From NCBI RefSeq assembly GCF_009914755.1, contig NC_060930.1: a stretch of DNA of 64,000 nt; one strand, 5' to 3'. Numbering within the stretch: position 1 is the first letter of the stretch; every line of letters begins with the position of its first letter. Source of the DNA: the human T2T-CHM13v2.0 reference genome, Homo sapiens. A program made the translations under genes and the position numbers. The notes beneath the pieces are model-generated. The model was not told where the DNA came from, searched no databases, and saw only the letters and a list, made by a program, of their open reading frames with translations. This document shows positions 1 to 12,471 of the stretch, piece after piece.

Positions 1-57
1 GAAGTATTAATGGAGGAAGAGAAACCTGAGCTTGAAGGAAAGACAGTAGAAGCATAT

Positions 58-346
58 ATTTATGGAGTATATGGGGTATTTTGGTATAGACATACAATGT
101 GTAATAACTACGTCAGGGTAAATGGGTATTCATCACTTCAAGCATTTATTCTTTGTGTTACAAACAACCCAATTATACTCTTTTAGTTATTTTAAAATGT
201 AAAATTAAATTATTGTTGACTGTGGTCAACCTGTTGTGCTATAAAATACTAGATGTTATTTATGCTTTAACTGTTTTTGTACTTGTTTAACCATCCCCAC
301 TTCTCCTTCATCCCATTATTATTCTTCCCAGCCTCTGGTAACTACT
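58..346 (-). mobile_element. L1MA-type LINE-1 3' end fragment
   Basis: Resembles reverse-complemented L1MA 3'UTR (CATACAATGTGTAATAA...CAAGCATTTATTCTTTGTGTTACAAACAA...CTTCCCAGCCTCTGGTAAC). Confidence 0.7.
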
Positions 347-353
347 TAGCCAT

Positions 354-543
354 GGAAGGAAGGAAGGAAGGAAGGAAGGAAGGAAGGAAGGAAGGAAGGA
401 AGGAAGGAAGGAAGGAAGGGGAGACAGAGAAAAAGAGAGAGAGAGAGTGAGAAAGCAAGCAAGCAAGAAAGAGAAAGAGAGAGAGAAAGAAAGAGAGAAA
501 GAGAGAGTAAGAAAGAAGAAGGAGGAAGGAAGGAAGGAAGGAA
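354..543. repeat. (GGAA)16 microsatellite followed by a compound GA-rich purine tract
   Basis: Uninterrupted GGAA units at 354-417, then GA/GAAA/GCAA/GGAA units to about 543. Confidence 0.97.
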
Positions 544-1757
544 ATTTGATAATCAGGAAAAGGATTTGCACTTTGTTGTTTAGGCAGTGTTAACTGTTCA
601 GTTACAAATGTTTAAATTAATTAATAAAATGCTTAACAAAAGCTGTTCAAATACATTTTCTGCCCTTTATTCAATTCCAAATAATTTCTGAAAATATACA
701 ATAGAAATATCAATGCAAAGGATCATCTGAGTCACTTTCAACTGAACTCCTTTGTGCTATTTATAATGCTATTTATCAAGGTGATTAAGGGCCAATTGAT
801 TGTCTGTTAGTATAAATAGTAAAAATTTATGGTCATTATGTCATTTCAATTGGGAGATTTTCTTAAGACATCAGTCTAATTGACTTATTTATTTGGCAAA
901 TGTGCCACTAAAGTAGTAATATGCTATAGAAATATCATATTATATTTTCAGTATCTAATATAACTGTTGTTTTAAAGTTAAATATTTTTAATTTTCTTAT
1001 TAAATATATTATACTGCTTTTTTCAATATTTTATCAAGACTATATCTAACTAAATTTGTTTGTGTAAATTATATTTAAAGAGTTAAATATTACAAAAACA
1101 TCATTTCTCATGGTAAAATTTGTGGCAGAAAGATAGTGGATTATATATTATAATGTTCCCTATCTTATTTTTTTAAAAAAGTCTCCACATATTTTATAAC
1201 TTTAAATAACCAAATAACTAAAAAATAAAAATGTCAAATCCTTAAAAATAAAAGACAGATTCCAAACTAGAATAAAGATTCAAGTTATAAAAGATATATA
1301 ACTCAATAAAACAAATCAATATTTTCTCTAATCAAATGTAAATATGTAATCAGCTGTAGGTAGCCAAAAATTAATTACTACATTGCTCTGGATATGACTA
1401 CACAATAAAGAGCAACAATGAAATTGTACTGATATTTTAATAAATATTTCTGAACTCATTATTTGCAAAGAATTAAGATGTCTTTTCTGTCCTCAATTAG
1501 TTTATACACTTATTGACAAATTTAGTCAGTTTGATTTGTAACTAAAATCTAAGACAGAAAGCCATACATAATATGAGAAGCACACAAGTAATTTCTATGA
1601 GCACTGACTTCATTATTTTTTTACTGGAAGGAAGTAGGGCACACTGAAAAAGGGAAAAAGTGAATTTTCCCAAGAAGGATTTCAAAACATCCTCATTTTT
1701 CTAAAAATTTAATTTTAAGTAAATGCAAACATATAGTCTTAAATTGCTTTTGCTTGA

Positions 1758-2123
1758 TGATATGGTTTGGCTGTGTCCTCACCCAAATCTCATCTTGAAT
1801 TGTAGCTCCCATAATTCACACATGTCCTGGGAAGGACCCAGTGGGAGGTAATTGAATCATGGGGGAGGGTCTTTCCCATGTTGTTCTTATGATAGTGAAT
1901 AAGTCTCATGAGATCTGATGGTTTTATAAAAGGGAGTTCTCATACACAAGCTCTCTTGCCTGCCGCCACGTAAGACATGACTTTGCTCCTCCGTTCACCT
2001 TATGACATGATTGTGAGGCCTCTCCAGCCATGTGAAACTGTGAATCCATTAAACCTCTTTTTCTTTATAAATTACCCAGTCTCAGGTATACCTTTATTAG
2101 CAGTGTGAGAACAGACTAATACA
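1758..2123 (+). mobile_element. THE1 (ERVL-MaLR) solo LTR
   Basis: Starts TGATATGGTTTGGCTGTGTC and ends GAGAACAGACTAATACA; about 366 bp; imperfect 5-bp TSD CTTGA/CTTAA. Confidence 0.95.
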
Positions 2124-2544
2124 CTTAAGAAAGGAAACATTGACAATCCACTGTGAAATGACTTTTAAAATAGCTAGAGTAATTAAGGGAAGGTATAAGG
2201 GGTTAATTTAAAAATTTCTTAACATATCTGTATAATTTAAGCTCAATTCTAGGCATCTACAATGGAAAGAACTAGTATTTTGGATGGGGTAAGATTTGAT
2301 AGTGAAGATAAGGATAACACCAAATATCTACCTCAGTGAATCATATATCCCTGGTCCCAGAGAAAAACAATTTGCAATCTGAACATTTTCCTGTTAATGG
2401 ATTGCAGGAGAGTTGATGGATTTTTTTGGATTGAAGATTAACTTCATACTAATCCCAGGTCTTCTGGGAGTGTTGGCAATAGGGTGGTAGGATTTGGTCA
2501 CAGAAAGATTAGAGCAAAAAATATCATGGAAGACAGTAAGGAAG

Positions 2545-3476
2545 CAGCAGGTCTGGGTTTTGTGAAACATGAAGCTCATACAATTTCCAATATTCTACAA
2601 AAGCAAAAGAACATAGACTAAGTACAACACTGAATATTTATTTAGAAAGAGAAAATATTTCCCATTTTTTTGAAATTCCAAATTTTAAAAAGCTGACAAA
2701 TATCAAAGGTATTACAAAACATGAAAAAACAACACATTTTTATTTAACTGCCTCATCTATCCCCATAATAATATCTCATTTTTTTAATATTTTGCAGCTG
2801 TAGCCTTTGATAGCTTTTTCATAACAATAAATTGAAAGAATGAAAAATATTTTTTCTTTAGCATAATCAAAAATTGTTTCTTATTGGTAGTTGAGAAAGT
2901 TACTTTCAGCTTTATAGCTCATTTTTTGGTAATATCAGGTAAATATTTAGAATTGTTATAATTTACTTCCATATATGAGCTCTTATATTTAGACCTTCTG
3001 AAGATCAGCTTGGAGTTGTAAGCATTTCAAACCCTATTTCTCCTGCACTACCTACTTACTTGTGCTTGGAAAGGTAGGATTTGATCATATTTCTTTCACC
3101 TGCTGGGCAGGAGTCCCTGTGTCAGAATATTGAGGTTATGGAATATTGTAACCACTCTTAGACTAAGACAGCAGCAACAATTTAATTAAAGATAGAAGTG
3201 ATCACGAATTGCAAAATTGTACCTGTTAAACTGTAACTGAATATATCTGAACTCAACGTCCCTATTGTTGGATCCCAAAATTGCCTATACCTAAGCCAAT
3301 ACCACCCAAGAAAACTGTAGATTGGCGCTATTTTAACCAACGAGTTACTTTTGCAATGTTACAAAAACACATGACTTGTTTGAACACATTAATAGGATAT
3401 CTACCAAGAAAGAATCTTTGAAAATGAGGGGCTGTAAACCATGAAATTTATCAGTTTCATGGTAAATATGCTTCTA
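2545..3476. mobile_element. Degenerate hAT-Tip100 DNA transposon (MER115/Zaphod-like)
   Basis: Recalled consensus-like segments GGTTTTGTG..TGAAGCTCATACAATTT, TGAATATTTATTTAGAA, TTTTAAAAAGCTGACAAATA and terminal TTCATGGTAAAT. Confidence 0.5.
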
Positions 3477-5401
3477 AATAGTGGTCCTAATTTATGGTTT
3501 GTTATCTATGATCAGAGTTTTCTGGGGTTAAAACCTTTCTTCATGTTTCCCACTTCGTTCCATCAGTTGAGGACCAACCACTTTAACTCTCATTCAGAGC
3601 AGCACTTATCCCTTCTCTTTCCCCAGCAAGGATGCCAACTTGGAAATTAGGGCTTAGTATATTTTGGACAATTTACTGCCAAGATCTATTCAAATAAATG
3701 GAGACTTGCTTCTTGTTGGGAAAACTATGTTACAATACTTACAGAAGGAAATAGTTTCCTAACACAAAGAATCAAAATATTCTTATGGCTAGGTATCATT
3801 GACTAGATAAAGTTACATCCCATTTTCATTGTGTGTATCAAATAAAATTATATTCAATGTCACTTTTAATTCTCCTGTTTTCGACACACTCTTTATGAAA
3901 TTCTCTTGACAGAGCATGAAATGTTCTCATTTAACCTTCTGTTTCAAATACACATATAACACTGCCAGGATGCAAAAATCACAGAAAGCTAAATTAGAAA
4001 GTTAAAATTAGAGATATTCAATCTTAAGAAAAATTCCATAAGTAGCATTTTTCTTAACCCCCTAAACTAAATTATAATCCCAATGAGAAGCTGCAACTCC
4101 CTTGAAAATCTAGTCATAAGTATGCGCTTGGGCTTCTGTTGCTTGTAGACATGGGTTTTGTAAGATGGATTGCAGAATCACAAACCTATCAGAATTGCAC
4201 TGTAATTTGTCATGTTTCACTGACCTTCCCAGACATTTTCCAATCACACACTGTCTAAAATACTTGATCGATTATTTAAAAATTTCAAAAAGCCCAGAGT
4301 AGGTGATTTCTTGCAATCATAATTGTTGAATGTGTCCCCCATTATTCTGAGGATGGATTCCAATTCCTGTAAATACATTAGATGCCCTTCTCTTGAAAGG
4401 GGTACAGATCATAACCAATTAGGCCTTTAGGAAAGGAAAAAAAATTGTCAATTCCATAGTAGGATATTAAACATGTTTTACAATATAATGTTAAATTTTA
4501 AATTAATGTCAGGACTAAGCTTTCAAACTAACATTTTTGCATTAAGAATATGTAGATTTTAAGTAATTTTTATTTGTTTTTCATGGGAAAATAATTGAGA
4601 ATGCTGAAGGCAATATAAGTTAATCTTTGATTTAATTGACAAAAAGTATCTGTGGTCCAAACTATGTATTCTTGATATATGTTAAAGACTTCACAGTGTT
4701 TAACACACTGCTACTGCTAAAATTGAGTGAATGTAATTTCATGTCATATACCCATTCAGTATTAAAATGTATCTAATTATACCTTAAGTCATACTCCTTT
4801 CAATTATACTCAAATTATTTTCAGGTACCCAATAAACTGAGTGAAGTTCCTCCTTCTATAAAAAAAAAGTAAGTGTTCTTCTCCAAGTTTATAAATATAT
4901 GTAATATGATTTTATTCTATCAGATAAAAAATAATTTAAAACATTGAGTTCTCTTAGATTACTATGTTTTTAAAAAAAGAAGACATTTTTATCAACTTTA
5001 CCAAAATTAAATTATTACCTTTATGGTAAGTCTTTCTTCAACATATAAACTCAAGTCACACTTCATCTTCTGCCTTCAGGCACATTTTGTAGCTAGCTCA
5101 TCCTTAGATATAATTAAAATTGATACTTAGCAAAGGCCATGCCAATGTATAGGAAGTAAGGCCTTTTAGGGACCCTTTAGCAAGCTGGTGGGGATGCTGA
5201 GGGCCAGAAATTAAAACTGGAGGAATAAGTTCTACAGAGTCCAAATGGTAAAAAGTTTAAATAATCGTATGTAAAGCTGATTGTCAGTCTCAGCCTGGAT
5301 GCACAGTTGTGAAAATATCTAAAGGAGTCAGATGTAGTAGTTAACATAATGCCATAGGCTGTGATAATCTTTAATATCTAGAATGTTTGAGTAATCATGT
5401 T

Positions 5402-5890
5402 TGTAGTAGGGCTGATTAGTCTCTATTTGCCTGCTCCAAATCCATTCTCACCTATTCCTGGTATGGTCCACTGCACAACAGAAAGAACCAACAAAAGATT
5501 CAACTATGGAAGGAGGAGAAAGAGTTTGTAGTTTCCTTGTTACACTCCACTTCTTCCCTGCACCTGAATTATTTTGGCTGATAAGAAGAAACCAGTAGAG
5601 GTTGAGTGGTTAAAAACTCACAACAAAGCAGGAAACTAATTAATAAGAGTGGGATCCACGGATACAGCCCATTGGGGTTCCCATTCTCATGGCTTTTACC
5701 TCCCTACAAACTCAATTAAAACAATTTCTTCTGTTGCCCCTTTAATTCCTGTAATAATGCTTCCTAATATTCCCATACCCTGGATACTTCACTAAAACTG
5801 GTTGTTTCTTAAACGTGTCCATACTTTTAATAAACTAGTCTCAGTTAATGTCAGAATGTGCCTCTGTTCCCTGCCAAAACTCTGATGGAC
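5402..5890 (+). mobile_element. Old ERVL LTR remnant (LTR16/LTR33-like)
   Basis: 3' end AATAAA...TGTGCCTCTGTTCCCTGCCAAAACTCTGATGGACA resembles ERVL LTR termini. Confidence 0.4.
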
Positions 5891-5959
5891 ACTGAGCTAT
5901 CTTCCTGGTTTGAAGAAGAGCCTAGATACCCTCAGGAGTGAATGAGCAGGGACAGGCTT

Positions 5960-8900
5960 CTGAAATAGAGGAGTGGGGAATGAAGTAGATATGCTTTCTG
6001 CCAAAACAGTCACTTAACTAGAGAAAATTATCAAAAAAAAAAAAAAACCATTTAAATTTCTGGACATTGTTCTAAAGATATACAGCTTCTTGAGAATCAT
6101 CCCTTCAAGAAAATTGACTAAATCTTGGTAAGAACTGAGAGTCTAAGGCATTTGAGCAGTAAATCAGCTCCATTGGTAATGCAGCAGGCTGATACTGTGC
6201 CTGATTACCCTGCCTCAGATTGTTTGTAGGGAAAATGTTTCCCCATTAGAAGGGGCAAAACAAGAAGTTTAGAAGCTGCTACCACCTCCAGCACCCACTT
6301 GTGGAGCAGGAGTGTCACTCTAAAAAAAGTGGGCCATTTTCTCTGCTCCCAGATTCTATGTAATGATGCAGAAGTTCTGTCAGAATAAGCAAGCCATAAG
6401 GACTAACAGTTCTTCAGCATGTTGAGGGGACTCATGTTATTTAGAAGAGAGGGTGAAGAATTCAACACCTAAAAGTATTGTTGAAAACGATGGAGATTTT
6501 GTAGAAAATAATGAAGAGGGCACTCATAATACTATGATACTTATAGAAATAAGGAAAATGGCAGAGCAATAAAAACTTTGAGGAAAAAAAAAAAGGTAAA
6601 CAGCCAAAAAGAACTCTCCTGAAATCATAATCAATTCTGGGGATTGGGAAGGCTTTGCACAAGCACTAATTTGCACCTAATCTGGAATATTCTGAATAGA
6701 CTCAATGACATTCTCCAAGCCACATGCAGATGTATCAGTAAAAGTCAGAAACCTAATTGATACGAAGAAGGGGTTTGAGTACAACCCCTAACCAAACATT
6801 GGCTGAATGAGAAGCTACCCTGAACCAGGAACAACTCCCAGGACAGAAGCCTTAAAAACAAAATTGCAGTCATCTCTGGCAGTCTGGAAGATTGTGTGGG
6901 TGTCCAGGGCTGTGCCTTTTTAGGAGAGATCAGAGAGGAAAAATTTAAGCTACTAGTACCTGGCAGAATGTGGGGAAAAAATGTAAACTTACTGAATTGT
7001 GAAAGCCACTTTTAAGCCACTTACACATCCAAAGGTAAAGGGTAAACACCTAACTGTCTAAGAGAGCTTAAGCACAACATTTAACAAATAAGTCTGCATC
7101 ATTCTGATGCAGAGAAGACCCCAGTGTATCCAGGCTAACTGATAGAAACAATAACAAAAATGTTCTAAGCAGGAATATCAGAGGCTGTACACAAAGGAAA
7201 TCAGCCTCACAGTTAGTTTATTCAAATCACTTACGAAATAAAAACATGACCAAGCAAACAACAATATTACCTCAGAGGCTTGGGCAAATTAATATTCAGA
7301 GTTGCTATGCTGTATTATCTAAAATGACCAGTTTTAAATAATAAGAATTGTAAGGAAACAGGACAGTATGACACATATGCAGGGGAAAAAAGTTGATAAT
7401 AGAAATTTTGTTTGATGTAACCGAGGTGTCAAATATAGTAGATAAAGACTTAAAAACATTGTGGCTATATTCAAGGAACTAACTAAACAGAAGTAAATAA
7501 TTAAAGTGAAGTTTGAGGATAGTGTCTCATCAAATAGAAGAAAAAAATCAAATAAAGAAAGTATAAAAACAATAAAATGAAAATTATGGGCCAGGCACGG
7601 GGGCTCATGCCTGTAATCTCAGCAATTTGGGAGGCTAAGCCAGGCAGATCACCTGAGGTCAGGAGTTCAAGACCAGCCTGGCCAACATAGTGAAACCCTG
7701 TCTCTACAAAAATACAAAAATTAGCCGGACTTTATGGCGGGTGCCTGTAATCCCAGCCACTGAGGAGGCTAAGGTGGGAGAATTGCTTGAACTTGGGAGG
7801 TGGAGGTTGCCGTGAGCCAAGATCACGCCACTGCATCCCAGCCTGGGCGACAGAAAATGAGACTCCATCTCAAAAAATTATGGAGTTGACAAATAAAAAA
7901 AAAAATTAACTAGATTAACTGAAAGTACAATTGAACTGGCAGAAGGAAGAATCTGTAAAGTAGAAGATAGTTCAATAGAGATTACGCAATCTGTAGAACA
8001 GAGAAAAAGGGAAATTAAGTAAACAGAGACTCATGGAAATGCATGAAACATTTAAGTGCACCAACATATGCAAAATGGGATTACTAGAAAAAAGGAGAAA
8101 GGAGCCAAAAAAATTAAAAAATTAGTTCCTGAAATCTCCCTCAATTTGATAAAAAGCATTAATCTACACATATAAGAGGCTCAATAAGGTCCAAGTAGGA
8201 TAAACATAAAAGATCCACACCCAGGCACATTAAAATGAAAATGCTGTTAGCCAAAAACAAAAAAATTTTGAAAACAGCAGGAGAAAAAAATGACTCATCA
8301 CATACATGGGTACTTCAACAAGATTAATATCTGACTTTATATTAGAAGCAATGGAGACTAGAATGCAGTGGGATGACTTTTTCAAAGTGTAGGAAGTAAA
8401 AATGATCCACAAAAAAAGTCATATATATAGCAAAACTATCTCTTAAAAATAAAGGAAAAGGAAAGAATTTCCTAGAAAAGCAAAATCTGAATCAGTTGAT
8501 ACCAAAATCAGAAAGATGTCACAAGAAAGAAAAACTATAAACAAATACTTCTTAGGAATTTAGATGAAAAAAATCCTCAACCAAATATTAGAAAACTAAA
8601 TTTAGGAACATCTTAAAAGATTAAATGCCATAACCAAGTGGGATTTGTCCCAGGAATGCAGAGTTGGTTTTGCATCTGAAACATCAATTGGTGTAATATG
8701 CCATATTAAAGAATAAAGGAAAAAATTCACATGATCATCTTAATGGATGCAGAAAAAAGATTTGCCAAAATCAATTACCCCTTTCTTGATAAAATCACAC
8801 ACAATCTGACCAACGACATTTATGAAAAATCAGTAGTTAACATCATTCTTAATGGCAAGGTTGTCTGCTCTCACCATACCACTCAACATTTTACTGGAGG

Positions 8901-10600
8901 TTCTAGCCAGGGCTATTTGGTCTTGTTCCCCACCCCCCAAAAAAATTCCAGATTGTAAAGAAAGAACTAAAACAATTTGTATATGCAGGTGATATGATCT
9001 TGTATATAGAAAATTCTAAGGTATTCATAAAAAAACTGTTAGTCTTGATAAATGAGTCAAGTCAATTTGGCAGGATAAAAGACCAATATACAAAATCAAT
9101 TGTACTTATATGCATAGAAATCAACATTATGAAAATAAATTCTAAAAATTTCTGTAACAATATTATGAAAAAGAATTACTTATCAAGAAATTTAACAAAA
9201 TAAATGTAAAATGTTCACACTGAAAATTATAAGCATCATTGTTGAAATAAAGAAGATTTAAAAACAGAAAGATATTTCAAGCTCATGGATCAAAAAATCA
9301 TGAAGATGGCAATATTCCCCAAATTAATTTACAAATTTACTATAATTTCTATGAACATGTTAGCTCCATTATTTCTTCAGAAATTGACAAGCAGTTTCTA
9401 AAACATATGTGGAAATTCAAGGGCTCCAGAATATACAAAACAACTTTGATTACACAAAGACAAACAACAAAGTTGGAGTACTAACACTTCCTGACTTTAA
9501 AATTTAATACAAAGCTATAGTAATCAATAGAGTGTGGGACTAGCATACAGATAGACCTATAGATCAATGGAATTAAATTGAGAGCCCAGATATTTGTGGC
9601 CCATTGATTTTTGAAAAGGGTGTCAAGACAATTTAATGGGGTCAGGCAGGGAACAAAGTACAAATGGTACTTAGAAACTAGATATCCACTGGCAATAAAT
9701 GAAGTGGAATCCATACCTCACATCATACACAAAGTAACTCAAAATGAATCATAGACCTAAATATAAGTGCTAGAAATTTTAAAAGTCTTAGAATAAAACC
9801 TGAGAGTAAATATTACTGACCAACAGTAGGCAATGGTATCTTAGATATGATATTAAAAGCACAAGTGACAAAAATCATTACATTGGATTTCATAAAAATT
9901 AAAATATTTTTGTGCAGTAAATGATAAATCAGGAAAATAAAGAAATAACCCCTAAAATGGGAGAAAACATTGCAACTCATATATCTGATAAAAGATTATA
10001 TCTAGAATACATTACAAAAACACTGTTACATCTCAGTAATAAAAATACAAATAATCCCATTAAAATGGACAAAGAATTTGAATAGACAATTCTCCAACAA
10101 TATATACAAATAGTAATCACATAAAAGGATGCTCAACATCTTTAGCCAGTTGAGTAATTCAAATCAAAACTATGATGAAATATCACTTCATACCCATTCA
10201 GATGACTAAAATAAAAAGATAGGCAATAAAATATCTTGGTGAGGTTGCAAAGGAACTGCAAATCTCATTCATTGTTAATGGTAATGTAAAACTGGGCAGC
10301 CACTTTTCAGAAACGTTTGATAGTTCCTCAAATTTTAAAATCAACTTTATCATATCATCCAGTAGTTCTACTCCTAGGTCTTTATCCAAGAGAAATAAAA
10401 ACATATGTCCATACAAAGATGTGTACATGAATATTTATAGCAGCATCATCCATAAACAAAATGTGGAAATAGTCCAAATGACCATCATTTCATGAGTGGA
10501 TAAATGATCATATACAAAGAAATATTATTTGGCAAGAAAAAGGAATAATGTTCTAATACATGCTAAAACATGGATAAAGCTTGAAAATAGTATTTTAAGT
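5960..10600 (+). mobile_element. Ancient L1M (L1MB-MD type) with 5'UTR, ORF1 and ORF2 remnants, internally deleted and interrupted by an Alu
   Basis: ORF1-like DNA at about 7300-8490; ORF2-like fragments (ORF track 8731 MIILMDAEKRFAKI, 8994 MILYIENSK), degenerate YADD-region TATGCAGGTGATATG near 8980; L1M 3' region to about 10600. Confidence 0.85.
7589..7877 (+). mobile_element. AluS-family SINE inserted in the L1M
   Basis: Dimeric Alu GGCCAGGCACGG...GACTCCATCTCAAAAAA, flanked by repeated AAAATTATGG. Confidence 0.95.
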
Positions 10601-10652
10601 TAACCACATTGATGACAGAAAATATTTTTAAGAAGTTAGGTTGGAAAGGGTT

Positions 10653-10867
10653 AAGTGGCATAAAAGGGTAGCAGGTGGAGAGGAGTCTTTTCTGCCCAAT
10701 ACAGAGGCAATAAGACTGGATTATCTATAGAGAATTTTAAAACAATAATACAGTTGACTAAAGTCTGTCTGTTTTTATTATAACTGTGCATAGGCAATTC
10801 GATGACAAAATATTATTCTCAGTCAGAGAAGACCACTCATCTCTACCATTTTCTCCCAACACCACTG
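10653..10867. mobile_element. MER97-like short hAT-Tip100 element
   Basis: TIR-like ends AGTGGCA.../...CACCACTG and internal TAGAGAATTTTAAAACAATAATA...GACTAAAGTCTGTCTGTTTTTATTAT. Confidence 0.6.
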
Positions 10868-10963
10868 AGTAAAATAAAAAGGAGGGCAAGAAGTTAAAGG
10901 AAGATTTGTGATTTGTTTTGTTTGTTGTTATAAGAAGGGAAATACTTGTGTATGTTTAGATAC

Positions 10964-11600
10964 TGATATGACCAAGACAGCCATAACATTTCCTTCAGCT
11001 TGGCTAAGCTTTAAACAAACTTTTATTTATTTATTTGTTTATTTATTCCTTGCTTGCTTGCCTTTACACCCCTGACCTTGCTTGCTCTCATCCTGGCAGT
11101 TAGAGAATCTAAATATCCTAACCACAGAAGTCTCTCCCTTCCCTTTTCTTACAGCATTTACTTTAGAAACATTGTATTTGCAAATTCTTTCTCTGCCACT
11201 TTGAGATGTGAATATTTTTAAAATCCTCTTGTTAGCTTTATGACCGCAGACTGTCTTTCTCAAGGACATGGGAACAATTCCTTTGAAATGTGATCATTAA
11301 GGAAAATAGAGTCTCTATCTCCCAGTCTCCCTGGGACGGTAGAAACCTAACTTTGATGGGCCTTGCTTCAAGTTGTAAAATTACCTCCATTTTGAAGACA
11401 TCAGAAAATTGACTTCTTTTTGAAGGCCAGTTAGCAAACACAGATGGCCTATGATCCCCCAACTCAAACTACTAGGAACTCTCATGCCTTCACTTCAGTG
11501 GAGTTAATACTGTGTTCTAGTCCCTCTTGTCCATTGTTAAAGGCTGCAATAAAGTTTTCCTTACTTATTTAACTTCACTGGTACAAATTTTACTTTGACA
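10964..11600 (+). mobile_element. MER67-like (ERV1) solo LTR
   Basis: CCCTTTTCTTACAGCATTTACTTTAGAAA, TGTCTTTCTCAAGGAC..CCTTTGAAATGT, AATAAA near 11548, and terminal TTTACTTTGACA. Confidence 0.7.
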
Positions 11601-12329
11601 GGAAGGAATGAGTAACAGTTGTAGATACAGGAGAGTGAAATGATAATCAATAGAACAGAGTTTCTAAAAAAGACAGGATAAAAACATATGTAGAGAGATT
11701 TACATTAGCCTAGAGGACAGCCATCCCGTGGTTTGTAATCTACTGGATATTCTTACAAATGACACCAGACTGGAGTATTTTGGCTTTATGTTTGGGAGTA
11801 GGTAAAAACACTCTTATTTTTTGACAGGAAAGTGACTACTTTGACACCTTTATGTTAGATATCTAACTTAACCACAGCACAGATGGGCATTAGTTAATTT
11901 CACCGTCACAATTTTTAGTGTTATTCTAATTACCTTCAAAGTTTGTTTAAAGAAGACAGTATTTTAGGGGAAACACCAATTTTTTTCTATTCTTAGCATT
12001 CATTTAATAATTATGTATATTTCACAACACATTTTAAATAGTGTGTATTTTATTGCAGAGAATCCCTAGTTTTAGTTGAAACATCATAAACTGAATTACT
12101 AACACCACTGCATCTCAGACCAGCAAAGAAAATCATTAATTGAATTCAGATTTAATGTTAGGTTCTTTACACTTTAATAAAAAAGACTTACTTATTTACG
12201 CATTTTCCCTCAATAAAAGGAGGAATTTTCTAAGAATTAAATTTTCAAGCGTGGAATTATTTGCTTTTCAGTGGAATAAAATATCTACTGGATATTCTTG
12301 GAAACTATGAATTTAAGCGAAATGACTTA

Positions 12330-12471
12330 CAGTAGGTGCCCAAATAATGCCATTTCCTTCAATATCATTTCATTATAACATAGATGAGAAAAAAATGGTT
12401 TGTTATATGTTGTTTCACTTAAAGATGCAGTTTCCAAGAACCCATGGGTGATGTTAAGTGAGGACTTACTT
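12330..12471. mobile_element. MER47/Tigger5-type non-autonomous TcMar element
   Basis: Ends CAGTAGGT.../...GTTAAGTGAGGACTTACT with TA dinucleotides on both sides. Confidence 0.7.

Noticed and set aside
308-571. 87-aa ORF with LPSF and LS repeats
   Set aside because: Translation of the GGAA/GA microsatellite.
3438-3463. 9-bp inverted repeat ACCATGAAA/TTTCATGGT
   Set aside because: Short, AT-rich and at the end of a probable hAT transposon fossil.
4822-4874. Possible 44-nt exon (TTTTCAG| ... AAA|GTAAGT)
   Set aside because: Weak pyrimidine tract and A-run context; expected by chance.
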